A stretch of DNA of 64,000 nt, from IMG/VR virus record IMGVR_UViG_3300044846_004119, positions 113,136 through 177,135 of that record; one strand, 5' to 3'. This document shows positions 40,473 to 50,416 of this stretch, in pieces. The position numbers and the translations under genes were made by a program. A model generated the notes under the pieces. The model was given only the letters and a program-made list of their open reading frames with translations. It had not been told where the DNA came from and made no database searches. Source of the stretch: a virus. Numbering within the stretch: the first letter of the stretch is position 1; each line of letters starts with the position of its first letter.

Positions 40473-41182
40473 AAACATGGAGAACAATAATAATGAGTGA
40501 TTTACATCTTGGTGCAAGACAATCACAAACAGACAATATTATTAAATTCTTGGAAGAGAATGAGTCTTTAATATTAATTTTAAATGGTGATATCATTGAT
40601 GGATGGGCACTTAAAAGTGGGGGGAAATGGAAAAAAGAATGTTCCAAGATATTCCGAAGATTTATGAAAAGAAGTGAGACAGGAACAAAAGTGGTTTATA
40701 TCAGAGGCAATCATGACGATTTCTTAAAACCATTCGTACCTTTCTTTATGAATAACATTCAAATCGTTAGGAAGTATATACACATTGGAGTTGATGGTAG
40801 AAAGTATTATTGTTTTCATGGTGATGTTCTTGACTTTGTTATTATGAAAGTAAGATGGTTGGCAGTACTTGGAGGGATATCTTATGACTTAGTAATCAAA
40901 TTGAATACGTTATATAATTTGATTAGGAGAAAGTTTAATCTACCTTATTATTCATTGGCGAATCATATCAAACAAAGTGTAAAGGGGGCAATTAATTTTG
41001 TGTCTGACTTTGAAGAAAACGCCAAAAGATTAACAAAAAGTAAAGATTGTGATGTTGCAGTATGTGGACATATCCACCAACCAAAATTAACTGAAGACTA
41101 TATGAATTCAGGTGATTTTTGTGAGAATTCAACTTGTTTAGTTGAAGACTTTAACGGTAATTGGAAAATACTAACATATTAA
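40463..41182 (+). CDS. LpxH-like metallophosphoesterase (UDP-2,3-diacylglucosamine hydrolase family)
   Basis: SDLHLG, NGDIIDGW, GNHD, HGD, GHIH, NSGDF. Confidence 0.88.
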   Translation: MDMKTWRTIIMSDLHLGARQSQTDNIIKFLEENESLILILNGDIIDGWALKSGGKWKKECSKIFRRFMKRSETGTKVVYIRGNHDDFLKPFVPFFMNNIQIVRKYIHIGVDGRKYYCFHGDVLDFVIMKVRWLAVLGGISYDLVIKLNTLYNLIRRKFNLPYYSLANHIKQSVKGAINFVSDFEENAKRLTKSKDCDVAVCGHIHQPKLTEDYMNSGDFCENSTCLVEDFNGNWKILTY

Positions 41183-41194
41183 GTATTTATTAAT

Positions 41195-41908
41195 ATGAGT
41201 AATTCAAAATCAAATAATCAATTAATTAATTTATTTTATTCAAAATATCTTAAAAAAATTAACGACATTAAAGGTTTAGTTTTTGACTCATCAATTAATG
41301 GTGATAATATTATAATCAATATTAGTAACCCAAATGATTTATCTTATAGTCCCGACGCTGTTGTTGGTTATTTTGAAGAAGTTGTTCATGACTTTAGTAA
41401 ATTTATAAATGGTGCGGAAACTGGTGGTAATCGTCTCTATAAAAATATTTCTGATAGTTTAATTATTTCCATAGATGGTGAATACGCTAAAAACATGAAT
41501 ATTGTTTATGATAAAAAATTTTACTTAAATAAACAAGATTTACGTAATGTTGAACATATATGTGACATGATTCGTGTATATAAAATTGATGAGTTTTGGT
41601 CCAAATGTAAAGTTACTTTTGAGAAAGCTTACGTTGAAAGTGGTGACGATATCGCACTTATTGAACTAAACGTTGTCTTATTGACACCTGAATGGGAAGG
41701 GCAACCTCTTAGAAATATGGGCATTTTAAGTGATAAAATTTCTGAAATGTCAGAAAATGAAAACTTCATTGACTATGAATACGAGTTCGCAAGTTCAGTT
41801 ACAAGTTTTTTTTGGAATAACCCATTAATGGTTGATAAGGATTATATGGGGACACAACCTGTACTTAATTTTTATACTCCAGAAGGAAAATTTATAAATT
41901 ATTGGTAA
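41195..41908 (+). CDS. Hypothetical protein
   Basis: TATTTAT at 41184. Confidence 0.78.
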   Translation: MSNSKSNNQLINLFYSKYLKKINDIKGLVFDSSINGDNIIINISNPNDLSYSPDAVVGYFEEVVHDFSKFINGAETGGNRLYKNISDSLIISIDGEYAKNMNIVYDKKFYLNKQDLRNVEHICDMIRVYKIDEFWSKCKVTFEKAYVESGDDIALIELNVVLLTPEWEGQPLRNMGILSDKISEMSENENFIDYEYEFASSVTSFFWNNPLMVDKDYMGTQPVLNFYTPEGKFINYW

Positions 41909-41928
41909 AAAAAAGGAATTATTCCCTT

Positions 41929-42216
41929 TTAGTTTAATTCTCCCCAAAGAACCTTATATTGTAAAGTGTCGACATGGTCAACTTTAACCGAGTCAATCAC
42001 TCGGTAAATGTTGTAACGATATTCATACTGTAATGTTTGAGTTTGACCATTCTTGTAATTCACAAAGTATGTGTTGTACAAGTTAGTGTCAACCTCAACT
42101 ACACTAACACTCGTTTGAGTATTTTTATCCGTTGACAGTGGCTTGAACCCTTTGCAAGAAGTTAACACTAAAAAAGATGCGATAACGCCGAATACTATTA
42201 AAACTATTTTTTTCAT
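41929..42216 (-). CDS. Small lipoprotein
   Basis: MKKIVLIVFGVIASFLVLTSC lipobox. Confidence 0.8.
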   Translation of the reverse strand: MKKIVLIVFGVIASFLVLTSCKGFKPLSTDKNTQTSVSVVEVDTNLYNTYFVNYKNGQTQTLQYEYRYNIYRVIDSVKVDHVDTLQYKVLWGELN

Positions 42217-42290
42217 ATCTTTAATTATTTATATTGCTAAGATACGCATTTATTCTTAAACTACAAACTATTTATTAAAAAAATTTAATC

Positions 42291-43415
42291 ATGAGCTATA
42301 AAAGATTCTTAATAAACGAATTAGAAAAGAAAGACATATTAAAACAATATGACTTATTAGTTGAAGTTGCAACAGTTGACCCTGAACCAGTGTCTACCCT
42401 AACTATAGATAAAAATGTTCAATTTCGTGGAGGTTATTGGAGTGAAACCTATTTACCAGAAACTTTAGGCCCCGAGATTGAAAAAGTTAAAAAATATTTA
42501 AGTAGTGGGGCTGGTAAAATATATTTAGTTAGTGTTACTATTGAATCAGGTGAATCTCAATTACCAAATGTTGACAATGAAAATGGTGGTAAGGCAGTTC
42601 CCCCACTTTATTTAGCGACAAAAAGAAATGAGTCAATTCAAAACTATATTACAACACAATTACAATCATTTGTTGACCAAAAACTATTAATTAGTTTACC
42701 TAAGTTTCAAGTTGCTCAACCTAAAATAGGCGCGACACCATTCCTTGGTGCACCATTTTGTCCTCAAGGAATGACTGATGTACAACAAAGAAATGTATGT
42801 GTTAAAAAATATAGAGAGGGTAAAACCACTATATATAAAACTGATTATGCTGACAAATATTTAACGGAACAATATGTTCGGGTAATTTTAAAGTTAGAAG
42901 AACTAACGGGCATGAAAAAGTGTTTAGATAATATGGTTATTGAAGTTAATTATACTGATTTATCTAAAAAACATGTATGTAATAGTGCTATTTACGAAAT
43001 ATCATTAAACGATGTTAAACTATTTAGAGATGATAAAAAACCATATGCAAGTTTAAATAACAATTATAATAAGGCTAAAAACTATCCAGGGATTGATGTA
43101 TACGATAACACTAAAGTTGTTGGTGGTAAAAGATTTAATAAATTTATAATAACACCTGAAATTGCTAGTCAGATATTAATTCAAACTATTGGTAAAAACG
43201 GAGCTGAAAAACCATCATTTATTTTAAAAGCGAAATGTCTTAACCCATTCAATAATACAGACTGGAATGGAGGATGTCATAAAGGTGTTGGTAATATTGT
43301 GGTTACGAATGGACAAAAAGAAGTTTTCAATTATATATCCGCAACTCCTAACGCTAAAGATGAGGTTAAAAATTTGGCGACATTCAATGCTTGTGGTAGT
43401 GGTAAAGCACAATAA
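42291..43415 (+). CDS. Leader-tagged hypothetical protein
   Basis: FLINE..LLVE leader; TATTTAT at 42269. Confidence 0.8.
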   Translation: MSYKRFLINELEKKDILKQYDLLVEVATVDPEPVSTLTIDKNVQFRGGYWSETYLPETLGPEIEKVKKYLSSGAGKIYLVSVTIESGESQLPNVDNENGGKAVPPLYLATKRNESIQNYITTQLQSFVDQKLLISLPKFQVAQPKIGATPFLGAPFCPQGMTDVQQRNVCVKKYREGKTTIYKTDYADKYLTEQYVRVILKLEELTGMKKCLDNMVIEVNYTDLSKKHVCNSAIYEISLNDVKLFRDDKKPYASLNNNYNKAKNYPGIDVYDNTKVVGGKRFNKFIITPEIASQILIQTIGKNGAEKPSFILKAKCLNPFNNTDWNGGCHKGVGNIVVTNGQKEVFNYISATPNAKDEVKNLATFNACGSGKAQ

Positions 43416-43417
43416 AA

Positions 43418-43834
43418 ATGACAGACGATTTAATTGCGTACCCAAGCTCATTTATGCCTAAATTGAATATTAACGTAATCTTCAAGGAGAACCCTAATTA
43501 CCCACAAATGAAAGAATATTTTAATATGATGGGTTATGGTTTTCTTGCTCCCGAATTTAAAACAATTTTCTTAGATGGTGAAAACTTTATTGGTGAAAAC
43601 GCATTCACCTTTGACGATATGAAATTCGTTGAGGCTCATGAAGTGTCTCATCTTATATTAGGACATAATGGTCCTCGTTCAGAAGAAGATGAGATTGAGG
43701 CCGACTTAGGTGCGTACATTCTACTAACTAAATATAATATGTCAACAGAACGATTGAAGGACGAGTTTGAACACAGACACGGAGTTCCTTTTTCTGAAGA
43801 ATTATTGGATAAAGTAAATGATAGAATGTTATGA
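43418..43834 (+). CDS. Zincin-like metallopeptidase domain protein
   Basis: HEVSH followed by EIEAD. Confidence 0.65.
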   Translation: MTDDLIAYPSSFMPKLNINVIFKENPNYPQMKEYFNMMGYGFLAPEFKTIFLDGENFIGENAFTFDDMKFVEAHEVSHLILGHNGPRSEEDEIEADLGAYILLTKYNMSTERLKDEFEHRHGVPFSEELLDKVNDRML

Positions 43835-44298
43835 GAGTAATAGTAAATGAAGATGTATATAATAATTTATCTCTGAAGTTTAGTAATGAGTTTAGAAGAC
43901 GTATTCCCCTTCTTGATAAATTAATAAAGGTTTTATTACCTCAAATGTTTCCTTGTGACTTTGATGACAAGGATGATTTTGTTAGAGGGGTTATGGATGA
44001 AATATCTTGGTTAGTAAGGAATGAAAAGTATGGATTAGATATGGTTGACGTTGGTGACATATCAGATTATTTATTTTCAATTAAGAAAGGTTATTTAATC
44101 CAATACTATAAAGAACATTGTGAACCCTCTGAAAATGATATTAACGAAATGATTAAATTAGACATTAAAGTTGGTGACATCCTAATGGGTGGTAAATTTA
44201 AAAACAAAAAAGTTGTTGTCAAAGATATTGGTAAAAACGAAAAAGGTGACATAACTATCAACGGAAAACCATTACTTAGATTTAGAATCCAAAAATAA
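43831..44298 (+). CDS. Two-module protein (RRR-family domain plus basic tail module)
   Basis: EFRRRIPLL..; INE then IKVGDILMGGKFKNKK. Confidence 0.75.
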   Translation: MRVIVNEDVYNNLSLKFSNEFRRRIPLLDKLIKVLLPQMFPCDFDDKDDFVRGVMDEISWLVRNEKYGLDMVDVGDISDYLFSIKKGYLIQYYKEHCEPSENDINEMIKLDIKVGDILMGGKFKNKKVVVKDIGKNEKGDITINGKPLLRFRIQK

Positions 44299-44314
44299 TT
44301 ATTATCTTTGACAT

Positions 44315-44395
44315 ATGGATAAATTAATTATTGCTCTCACATTATGGTTTTGTATTGTTTATTTCGGTAGAAGTAAGAAAAAGTACGAAGATTAA
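44315..44395 (+). CDS. 26-aa TM microprotein
   Basis: MDKLIIALTLWFCIVYFGRSKKKYED; own TATCTTTG at 44303. Confidence 0.55.
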   Translation: MDKLIIALTLWFCIVYFGRSKKKYED

Positions 44396-44481
44396 CTTCA
44401 ACTGAATATCTAATTCATTTTCCATCCAACAAAGATAAGAAAATAGTTGTTATAAACAAAATAATATTCTATCTTTGCTAT

Positions 44482-45102
44482 GTGGAAGGATACATTTATT
44501 TAGGACAGTACTATGACGTGTTAGGGAGAGAGTTGAATCTATCTGATAAGAAGATAGGATTTTCAATCGACCCTGTCAGTAGAGAATATCAATTAAATAG
44601 GACAAAATCTCCCATAGGTTACTCGATTATCTCTGTTTTTAAGGTAGACAATATGAATAAGGTAGAAAAGATGTTACATGCAATCTTAGACAGTCGTAGA
44701 GTATTTGGTGAGTGGTTTAAAGATGATGAAGATACTTTAACAGGTGAGTTCATTAACTTCATGATTGCTTACGGTGGAACAACATGCGATACCACAGAAC
44801 TCAAACAAAGTCGTGAGACGGTAGAACTAACACCTGACAATAGATTAGTTGATGTTGCTAATAATTTTGGCCAAGATAAAATGTTAATTAGAACTTATAT
44901 GGGGATTGATTATGATGTATTACTTAACACCAAAGGTATGTTAGTTTTTAATGGTGAGCAGTTTGACACCCCAAATAAATTATACAACAACGGTGTTGTC
45001 AAGTTTGTTAAAGGTAAGAAAGGTAACAGTGGGACTAATAACTTATCTCAATTTAAAATTAAAGAAACAGGTGAGCGATTAGTTGACACCGTAATAGAAT
45101 GA
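44482..45102 (+). CDS. GIY-YIG (T5orf172-type) nuclease with RAMA-like C-terminal domain
   Basis: GYIYL..KIGFS..R..VEKMLH..GEWF; C-terminal GMLVFNGEQFDTPNKL; GTG start. Confidence 0.7.
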   Translation: MEGYIYLGQYYDVLGRELNLSDKKIGFSIDPVSREYQLNRTKSPIGYSIISVFKVDNMNKVEKMLHAILDSRRVFGEWFKDDEDTLTGEFINFMIAYGGTTCDTTELKQSRETVELTPDNRLVDVANNFGQDKMLIRTYMGIDYDVLLNTKGMLVFNGEQFDTPNKLYNNGVVKFVKGKKGNSGTNNLSQFKIKETGERLVDTVIE

Positions 45103-45133
45103 TATAAAAAATCTTATTTACAATTATTTTTCA

Positions 45134-45961
45134 CTAATCTTTGTCTTTACAGTGACGCGAAGTATGAATCATTACGATTATGTTGATAGGTAAAAAACTT
45201 TTAATGTACGACGACAACGTTGTTTCATTCATAGAATAGGACATCAAAACCAATAAAATGTATTCATCCAAATTGGTTTTAATACAGATTATATCACAAA
45301 CGTCATCAGAGTTCTCAAAATAAGAAAGAGCAATATCCTCAATTAGTTTACCGTACTTACCTTGGTCAGGATTACTATCTCTGTTAAACTTTTTCATAGG
45401 TTTTTCTTCAGATTCTTTAACCGTATTTACATCTTCAGTATCAATTTCATAAGTTCCATCAACACCTTTTTCCCACATACCAACAACGGTGCCTTCATTA
45501 CCTTTCAAGTTTTTGTTTTTACTTTTACGATTAAATTTAGAATCAACACTATTAATAAATGGATATAATAATGATTTTTCCCATTTTCTAATACCAAGTT
45601 CGATAGGTCCGTTATATTCACCAGCACTAATTAAAGTTGTATTTTCATTAAGATAAAGACCAACATTGTATTCTTTAAGACCAATCCAAATAGATTTTGG
45701 TTTTAGGTTTGTTTTACTACGAATCCATTTAGCGACATTAATAGCAAATTCCTTATCTATTTTAACAGGAACAAAACTTTTAACTTTATTGATGAAATCA
45801 AGACCAACATTAACAATACCATTTTCATAATGAAAAAGTTCCTCATTGTCATACTCAATTCTGTATGTTGGGTTATACGAATATATTCTCGTAACAGACA
45901 ACTCTGAGAAGAGACTATCTAATAATAAGAAAAACTGAGGACCATTAATGATTACGTTCAT
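45134..45961 (-). CDS. Modular leader-tagged protein
   Basis: MNVIINGPQF leader; internal LNE and VKE junctions. Confidence 0.75.
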   Translation of the reverse strand: MNVIINGPQFFLLLDSLFSELSVTRIYSYNPTYRIEYDNEELFHYENGIVNVGLDFINKVKSFVPVKIDKEFAINVAKWIRSKTNLKPKSIWIGLKEYNVGLYLNENTTLISAGEYNGPIELGIRKWEKSLLYPFINSVDSKFNRKSKNKNLKGNEGTVVGMWEKGVDGTYEIDTEDVNTVKESEEKPMKKFNRDSNPDQGKYGKLIEDIALSYFENSDDVCDIICIKTNLDEYILLVLMSYSMNETTLSSYIKSFLPINIIVMIHTSRHCKDKD

Positions 45962-46073
45962 AAACTATAAATATTAGTTATTACTAAATATACGGATTAC
46001 TTATTTTGGTAATGTTAATAATTTTTGTATATTTGTAATGTAGTCAGTTATTAATCTTTAAAAAAATATAGTT

Positions 46074-46148
46074 ATGGAATTAAGTGTGGGTTTATTAGGT
46101 ATTTGTATATTAATTTTAATTGCCGTGTGCGATTTAAATAAAAAATAA
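46074..46148 (+). CDS. 24-aa TM microprotein
   Basis: MELSVGLLGICILILIAVCDLNKK; TATATTTG at 46028. Confidence 0.5.
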   Translation: MELSVGLLGICILILIAVCDLNKK

Positions 46149-46214
46149 TTAAACTTATGGTCATTTTAAATATATTTATATTGTGTAAATAATTCATAAA
46201 AAAAAATAGAAAAA

Positions 46215-46823
46215 ATGACAATTACAGAACAAAGATTACAAGAATTAACCAACGTTGCTCCAACAGTATCAGTCAAAATGGATATGGAGTGGTTGAGTTC
46301 AACAACAAACACCGCAGACTTCCAAATTCGGTTAACAAACACTGGTACATCAGTAATTAAATTAAACGCTTTGATTATTCGTGGTGTTCATTCACCAAAG
46401 ATAACAACAGGAACTATAACATGGAAAGCATTAAATGACAATACTATTCCAGAATGGTTAGGATGGCCTAAAAAAGGAACAACCAACTTACCATATATCT
46501 CAGGACAAAGGAAATTAAATTTCTCTTCAGCAACAAATATCTTTACCAATGAAACATCTCCTATCATACCAACGGGAACAGGAGTAGTAGTTGGAACTTT
46601 TAGAGTTTCAACAACAACAACATGGAACCCAAATAGTAACTTTGGTTTTGTATGGGAAATGACAACAGGTGGAGTTGTTGGTTATGTAAATTTTGAAACA
46701 CAGTCTTCAACTACATCACTACCAGTTGGTTTTATGCATTACGGACCAACAACAAATACAAATATAGGTAAATGTTTAACAGTAACTGCCCCAAGTGTAC
46801 AACTATTAAACCCAAAGTTATAA
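46215..46823 (+). CDS. Thr-rich beta-sandwich-like protein
   Basis: MTITEQRLQE leader; alternating beta-strand pattern; no signal peptide. Confidence 0.75.
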   Translation: MTITEQRLQELTNVAPTVSVKMDMEWLSSTTNTADFQIRLTNTGTSVIKLNALIIRGVHSPKITTGTITWKALNDNTIPEWLGWPKKGTTNLPYISGQRKLNFSSATNIFTNETSPIIPTGTGVVVGTFRVSTTTTWNPNSNFGFVWEMTTGGVVGYVNFETQSSTTSLPVGFMHYGPTTNTNIGKCLTVTAPSVQLLNPKL

Positions 46824-47249
46824 CAACAATATTCTATTAGCATTAAAACCAAATTGTTTGTTTACCAAATCTAATAACTGATTTTCCCATATATCAGAAG
46901 AACCTAAGAAGTCGGTAATAAATTCCATACGTTCTTCGTAGAATATAACCACATTAAAATCAAGATTGGTAATGTCGGGTTGTTGTTCACAAACTTCAGG
47001 TAGTTCACCACTAAGTTCAGGATATTTACCATTATTGTGATAGTTCTTACCATCAACCAATTTAAATAAGTAATTGTCGTGACTATCCTTGGGTAAAACA
47101 AAACCAACAGCGTAAGGGTCACAACAAATACCCATACCACAATTAAATTCTGCCCAATCATAATAACAATCATCAAAGTTTTTAAACTCTGACTTAAGAA
47201 GTTTAAGGAGTATAGATTCTAGTTTATTATTGGGGATTATATATTTCAT
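46818..47249 (-). CDS. Acidic paralog-family protein
   Basis: MKYIIPNNKL leader; ends LVNKQFGFNA. Confidence 0.75.
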   Translation of the reverse strand: MKYIIPNNKLESILLKLLKSEFKNFDDCYYDWAEFNCGMGICCDPYAVGFVLPKDSHDNYLFKLVDGKNYHNNGKYPELSGELPEVCEQQPDITNLDFNVVIFYEERMEFITDFLGSSDIWENQLLDLVNKQFGFNANRILLL

Positions 47250-47264
47250 ATAGATAAATATTAG

Positions 47265-47582
47265 TTAATCCGCACCAGAGTCAGAATAGTAGTAAGTAAC
47301 CTCAACACCAAGTTTATTTTCAACCCAATCAGATATAATACTCAAAGTATTGTCGGAGTATAAAGAAAACATAGTGGCAACATCACTAGCAAAGTCGGAA
47401 CTAATAAAACAATCCTTATCACCAATGGAGTAATTCATAATAGGATTTTCACCATCTTCAATAGTTTGACGGGAAGTAAAGAACATATAACTATGGGATG
47501 TCTTTAATACATAGGGGTCTTTCATATCAAGATACTTAAATACGGACTTCTCCAATTGTGACTCTGTTATAATTAATTTCAT
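47265..47582 (-). CDS. Acidic paralog-family protein
   Basis: MKLIITESQLEKSVFKYLD..DWVENKLGVEV. Confidence 0.78.
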   Translation of the reverse strand: MKLIITESQLEKSVFKYLDMKDPYVLKTSHSYMFFTSRQTIEDGENPIMNYSIGDKDCFISSDFASDVATMFSLYSDNTLSIISDWVENKLGVEVTYYYSDSGAD

Positions 47583-47583
47583 A

Positions 47584-47898
47584 TTAGTATTCTACGTATT
47601 TTATTTTAACATTATACATATCTTCAAACCAATCCTTAATGAATGATTTTGATTGTTCCATATCAAGGGGAAACCAAGAAGTGAACTTATCAAAGAAATC
47701 CTTATTAACAAAAAGTCTACCATCACTACTATCATATTCCATTGCAACATCGTCAACTGAATACTCGTCAGGCTCAGGGTAGTTGTAGTCAACAACGATA
47801 TAAGAATCGACCTCATGTACACTACAATGATTAAGAAAATCATCAAGATATTCAATCATAAACTTACGTAACTGAGGATGAGTAACAAGGTAATTCAT
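47584..47898 (-). CDS. Acidic paralog-family protein
   Basis: MNYLVTHPQLRKFMIEYLD..DWFEDMYNVKI. Confidence 0.78.
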   Translation of the reverse strand: MNYLVTHPQLRKFMIEYLDDFLNHCSVHEVDSYIVVDYNYPEPDEYSVDDVAMEYDSSDGRLFVNKDFFDKFTSWFPLDMEQSKSFIKDWFEDMYNVKIKYVEY

Positions 47899-47983
47899 AT
47901 TAATAAATATAAGGTTTTAGATTATAAGATAATATTGATTTTACAGAAGTTATTATGTATTATTATTAAAAAATATAAAACTT

Positions 47984-48523
47984 ATGAAAAAACTAAAACT
48001 ATTATTAAGTGCTCTACTACTATTGGGCACAACTAACACATTCTCACAAAACAACACAATTGAAGGCAAATGGAAAATGCTAAACTTCAACAATACGATG
48101 TTTATTTTTGAAAATGGTGAACGATTTACTTATTATTGTACAGCAGGAAATTGTGATTCTTTATACAACACCTTTGAGGCTGGAGATGGTAATCACATTC
48201 CAGGAACAGAAGAGTATACTGTGACTAACGATACAATTACTATGGATTACAATTTTGGAAATATCTTAGTTACTAGTATGGTATTTAGTTGTGAAGGAAA
48301 CATTGTCACATTCGTTGACCAAAATAATTTGAATTATGTTCGTTTAGGAACTAATCTTAACGACTGTAATTCGGCATCACTTACTGAACAAACTCAAAAT
48401 TCATTATTAATGGATAACAAATACTATGACTTATTAGGTAGAGAAATTAAAGACATAGCAACATACTCATTTAATTCTCTTTACATCAAGAACGGTAAAA
48501 AATATATTAAAACTCAACAATAA
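47984..48523 (+). CDS. Secreted protein with T9SS-type C-terminal domain
   Basis: Sec signal ending FS|Q; C-terminal YYDLLGREI..YIKNGKKYIK. Confidence 0.7.
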   Translation: MKKLKLLLSALLLLGTTNTFSQNNTIEGKWKMLNFNNTMFIFENGERFTYYCTAGNCDSLYNTFEAGDGNHIPGTEEYTVTNDTITMDYNFGNILVTSMVFSCEGNIVTFVDQNNLNYVRLGTNLNDCNSASLTEQTQNSLLMDNKYYDLLGREIKDIATYSFNSLYIKNGKKYIKTQQ

Positions 48524-48525
48524 CT

Positions 48526-49542
48526 ATGAAAAACTTAAAATTATTATTACTTACGTTACTAAGCGTAATATCTTTTAACTTGTTCTCACAGACACAAGTT
48601 TACACAACAAACACATCGGGACCAAACATTTGTGATGGTACTGCGGTATTGGACACAACCAATATTAATATGACATCAATCTATTGGCAAGGAATGGGGA
48701 TGATTATTAATCAGGGAAGTTACATTGTAACAAACCTTTGTCCTGGTACATACGGTGTTACATTCATCAGTAACGGAACTTCGGTTACATTAACGTTTAT
48801 CGTCATGGCAGGAAACTTTAATCCATGTTTAAACTTCGGTGGGTTTATAACACCAACAAACTCTGTTGACTCCACAACTTGTGATGGTATTGTAACGGCA
48901 ACAGTAACAGGAGGACAAGCACCATACACATATCTATGGAGTAATGGTAATATGCTTCAGACAATCGATAACTTATGTCCTGGCACATATTGTTGTTATG
49001 TTACGGACTCATACGGTTGCACAATAACATTATGTGATACAATAGGAGTTCAATCTTCAAACTACGGAGATACATTATATATAACAAATGCGGGGATGTG
49101 CAATCTTCCTATTGGTACATTAGTTTCAACAATAGAAGATTGTAAATTAAATTATAATTCTATTGGTGGTGCATTTATTTCAGATGTCACACCAATATCA
49201 GATACTCTTAATATTGTAATGGTTACTTGGATACTTGTAGATACTAATGGTTTTAATGTGTCTACACCTCAGTATCAAACATATACATATATTCCTACAG
49301 TAGGATGTTATAACTTACAATTAATTATATTTTGTTATCAAAAATCTATGAACTATAACACTATCGTTATAAATCAAAATTGGTACGTAGGGTTCGCAGG
49401 TATTAATGAACTATCAGGTAATGGTAAACAACTTATCAGTGTGGTAGATTTAATGGGTAAAGAAACAAATATACAACCAAACAAACATTTAATCTATACA
49501 TACAGTGATGGTTCTAAAGATATAAGATACATTAAAGAATAA
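48526..49542 (+). CDS. Secreted SprB-repeat protein with T9SS-type C-terminal domain
   Basis: Signal ending FS|Q; CDG..TATVTGGQAPYTYLWSNG..NLCPGTY; C-terminal GINEL..VVDLMGKET..IYTYSDGS. Confidence 0.8.
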   Translation: MKNLKLLLLTLLSVISFNLFSQTQVYTTNTSGPNICDGTAVLDTTNINMTSIYWQGMGMIINQGSYIVTNLCPGTYGVTFISNGTSVTLTFIVMAGNFNPCLNFGGFITPTNSVDSTTCDGIVTATVTGGQAPYTYLWSNGNMLQTIDNLCPGTYCCYVTDSYGCTITLCDTIGVQSSNYGDTLYITNAGMCNLPIGTLVSTIEDCKLNYNSIGGAFISDVTPISDTLNIVMVTWILVDTNGFNVSTPQYQTYTYIPTVGCYNLQLIIFCYQKSMNYNTIVINQNWYVGFAGINELSGNGKQLISVVDLMGKETNIQPNKHLIYTYSDGSKDIRYIKE

Positions 49543-49563
49543 TACATTCCATTCACTCACTAC

Positions 49564-49593
49564 AAAGGGAGACTCCATTCGGGTCTCCTTTTT
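49564..49593 (+). terminator. Rho-independent terminator
   Basis: GGAGAC-9nt-GTCTCC plus T-run. Confidence 0.7.
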
Positions 49594-49834
49594 CGTTCAT
49601 TCATGTATTGTATTATTTTAATATTATAATCGGAATATATCCGATTATCTATAAGGTTATTTACAGTAAACTTTACCTTCGTATTAATAACAAGAGTAAT
49701 GATTACCTTTGTATAAAGGATATGTGGTAATTATTGGGGCATATCACAAACAGTAATGTAAAAATTTTATACCTGATTAGACTATCATGATAAAATACTG
49801 ATATAGTTTAATTCTTCAAACTAAATAAACGGTA

Positions 49835-49841
49835 TATTTAT
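49835..49841 (+). promoter_or_regulatory. Putative phage late promoter core TATTTAT
   Basis: Representative of more than 25 copies, mostly 5-25 nt upstream of starts, always on the coding strand. Confidence 0.65.
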
Positions 49842-49845
49842 TAAT

Positions 49846-50415
49846 ATGAACCTACAAGAATCCATAAGAAGAGTATTAAGAGAGGAAACTCAGATACCTT
49901 CATCAATTAGAAGAAGGGTAAGCTATTCGGATATCGAAGAGGCGTTTCTAAATGCGTTAGATTCAATTGATTATTCTCGATTACACAATCAATTCTCACC
50001 AATAAAGAATATATCGTTAAAGACATTTGCTAAACTTGTTATAGATGAACTGAATATGTATTTAGAGCAAGACTATTTTAGTGACGAGAATAGGATTTAT
50101 TTTGATGACGAAACATATCACGAAAAAATTAGAGTTCCACTTATGAATTATTTTGGTAATAGAATTAAAAAAAGATATAATAGTGATGAATCAGAAGAAG
50201 AATTAACAGAAAAGTGGTCACAAAAGTATAAAAAATCTATCAACTGCAATAACCCAAAAGGATTTAGTCAAAGAGCTCATTGTCAAGGTAAGGGTAAACA
50301 TAGTGAGATGAAAGAAGGTGAGATAACCGAAAAATGTTGGGCAGGATATACTCAAAAAGGTATGAAGACAATGTTTGGTAAGAGATACCCTAATTGTGTT
50401 AAGAAGACAAAATAA
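49846..50415 (+). CDS. MNLQE-leader protein: RRR domain plus two Cys-pair microdomains
   Basis: LTE-KWSQKYKKSINCNNPKGFSQRAHC; ITE-KCWAGY..YPNCVK. Confidence 0.8.
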   Translation: MNLQESIRRVLREETQIPSSIRRRVSYSDIEEAFLNALDSIDYSRLHNQFSPIKNISLKTFAKLVIDELNMYLEQDYFSDENRIYFDDETYHEKIRVPLMNYFGNRIKKRYNSDESEEELTEKWSQKYKKSINCNNPKGFSQRAHCQGKGKHSEMKEGEITEKCWAGYTQKGMKTMFGKRYPNCVKKTK

Positions 50416-50416
50416 T

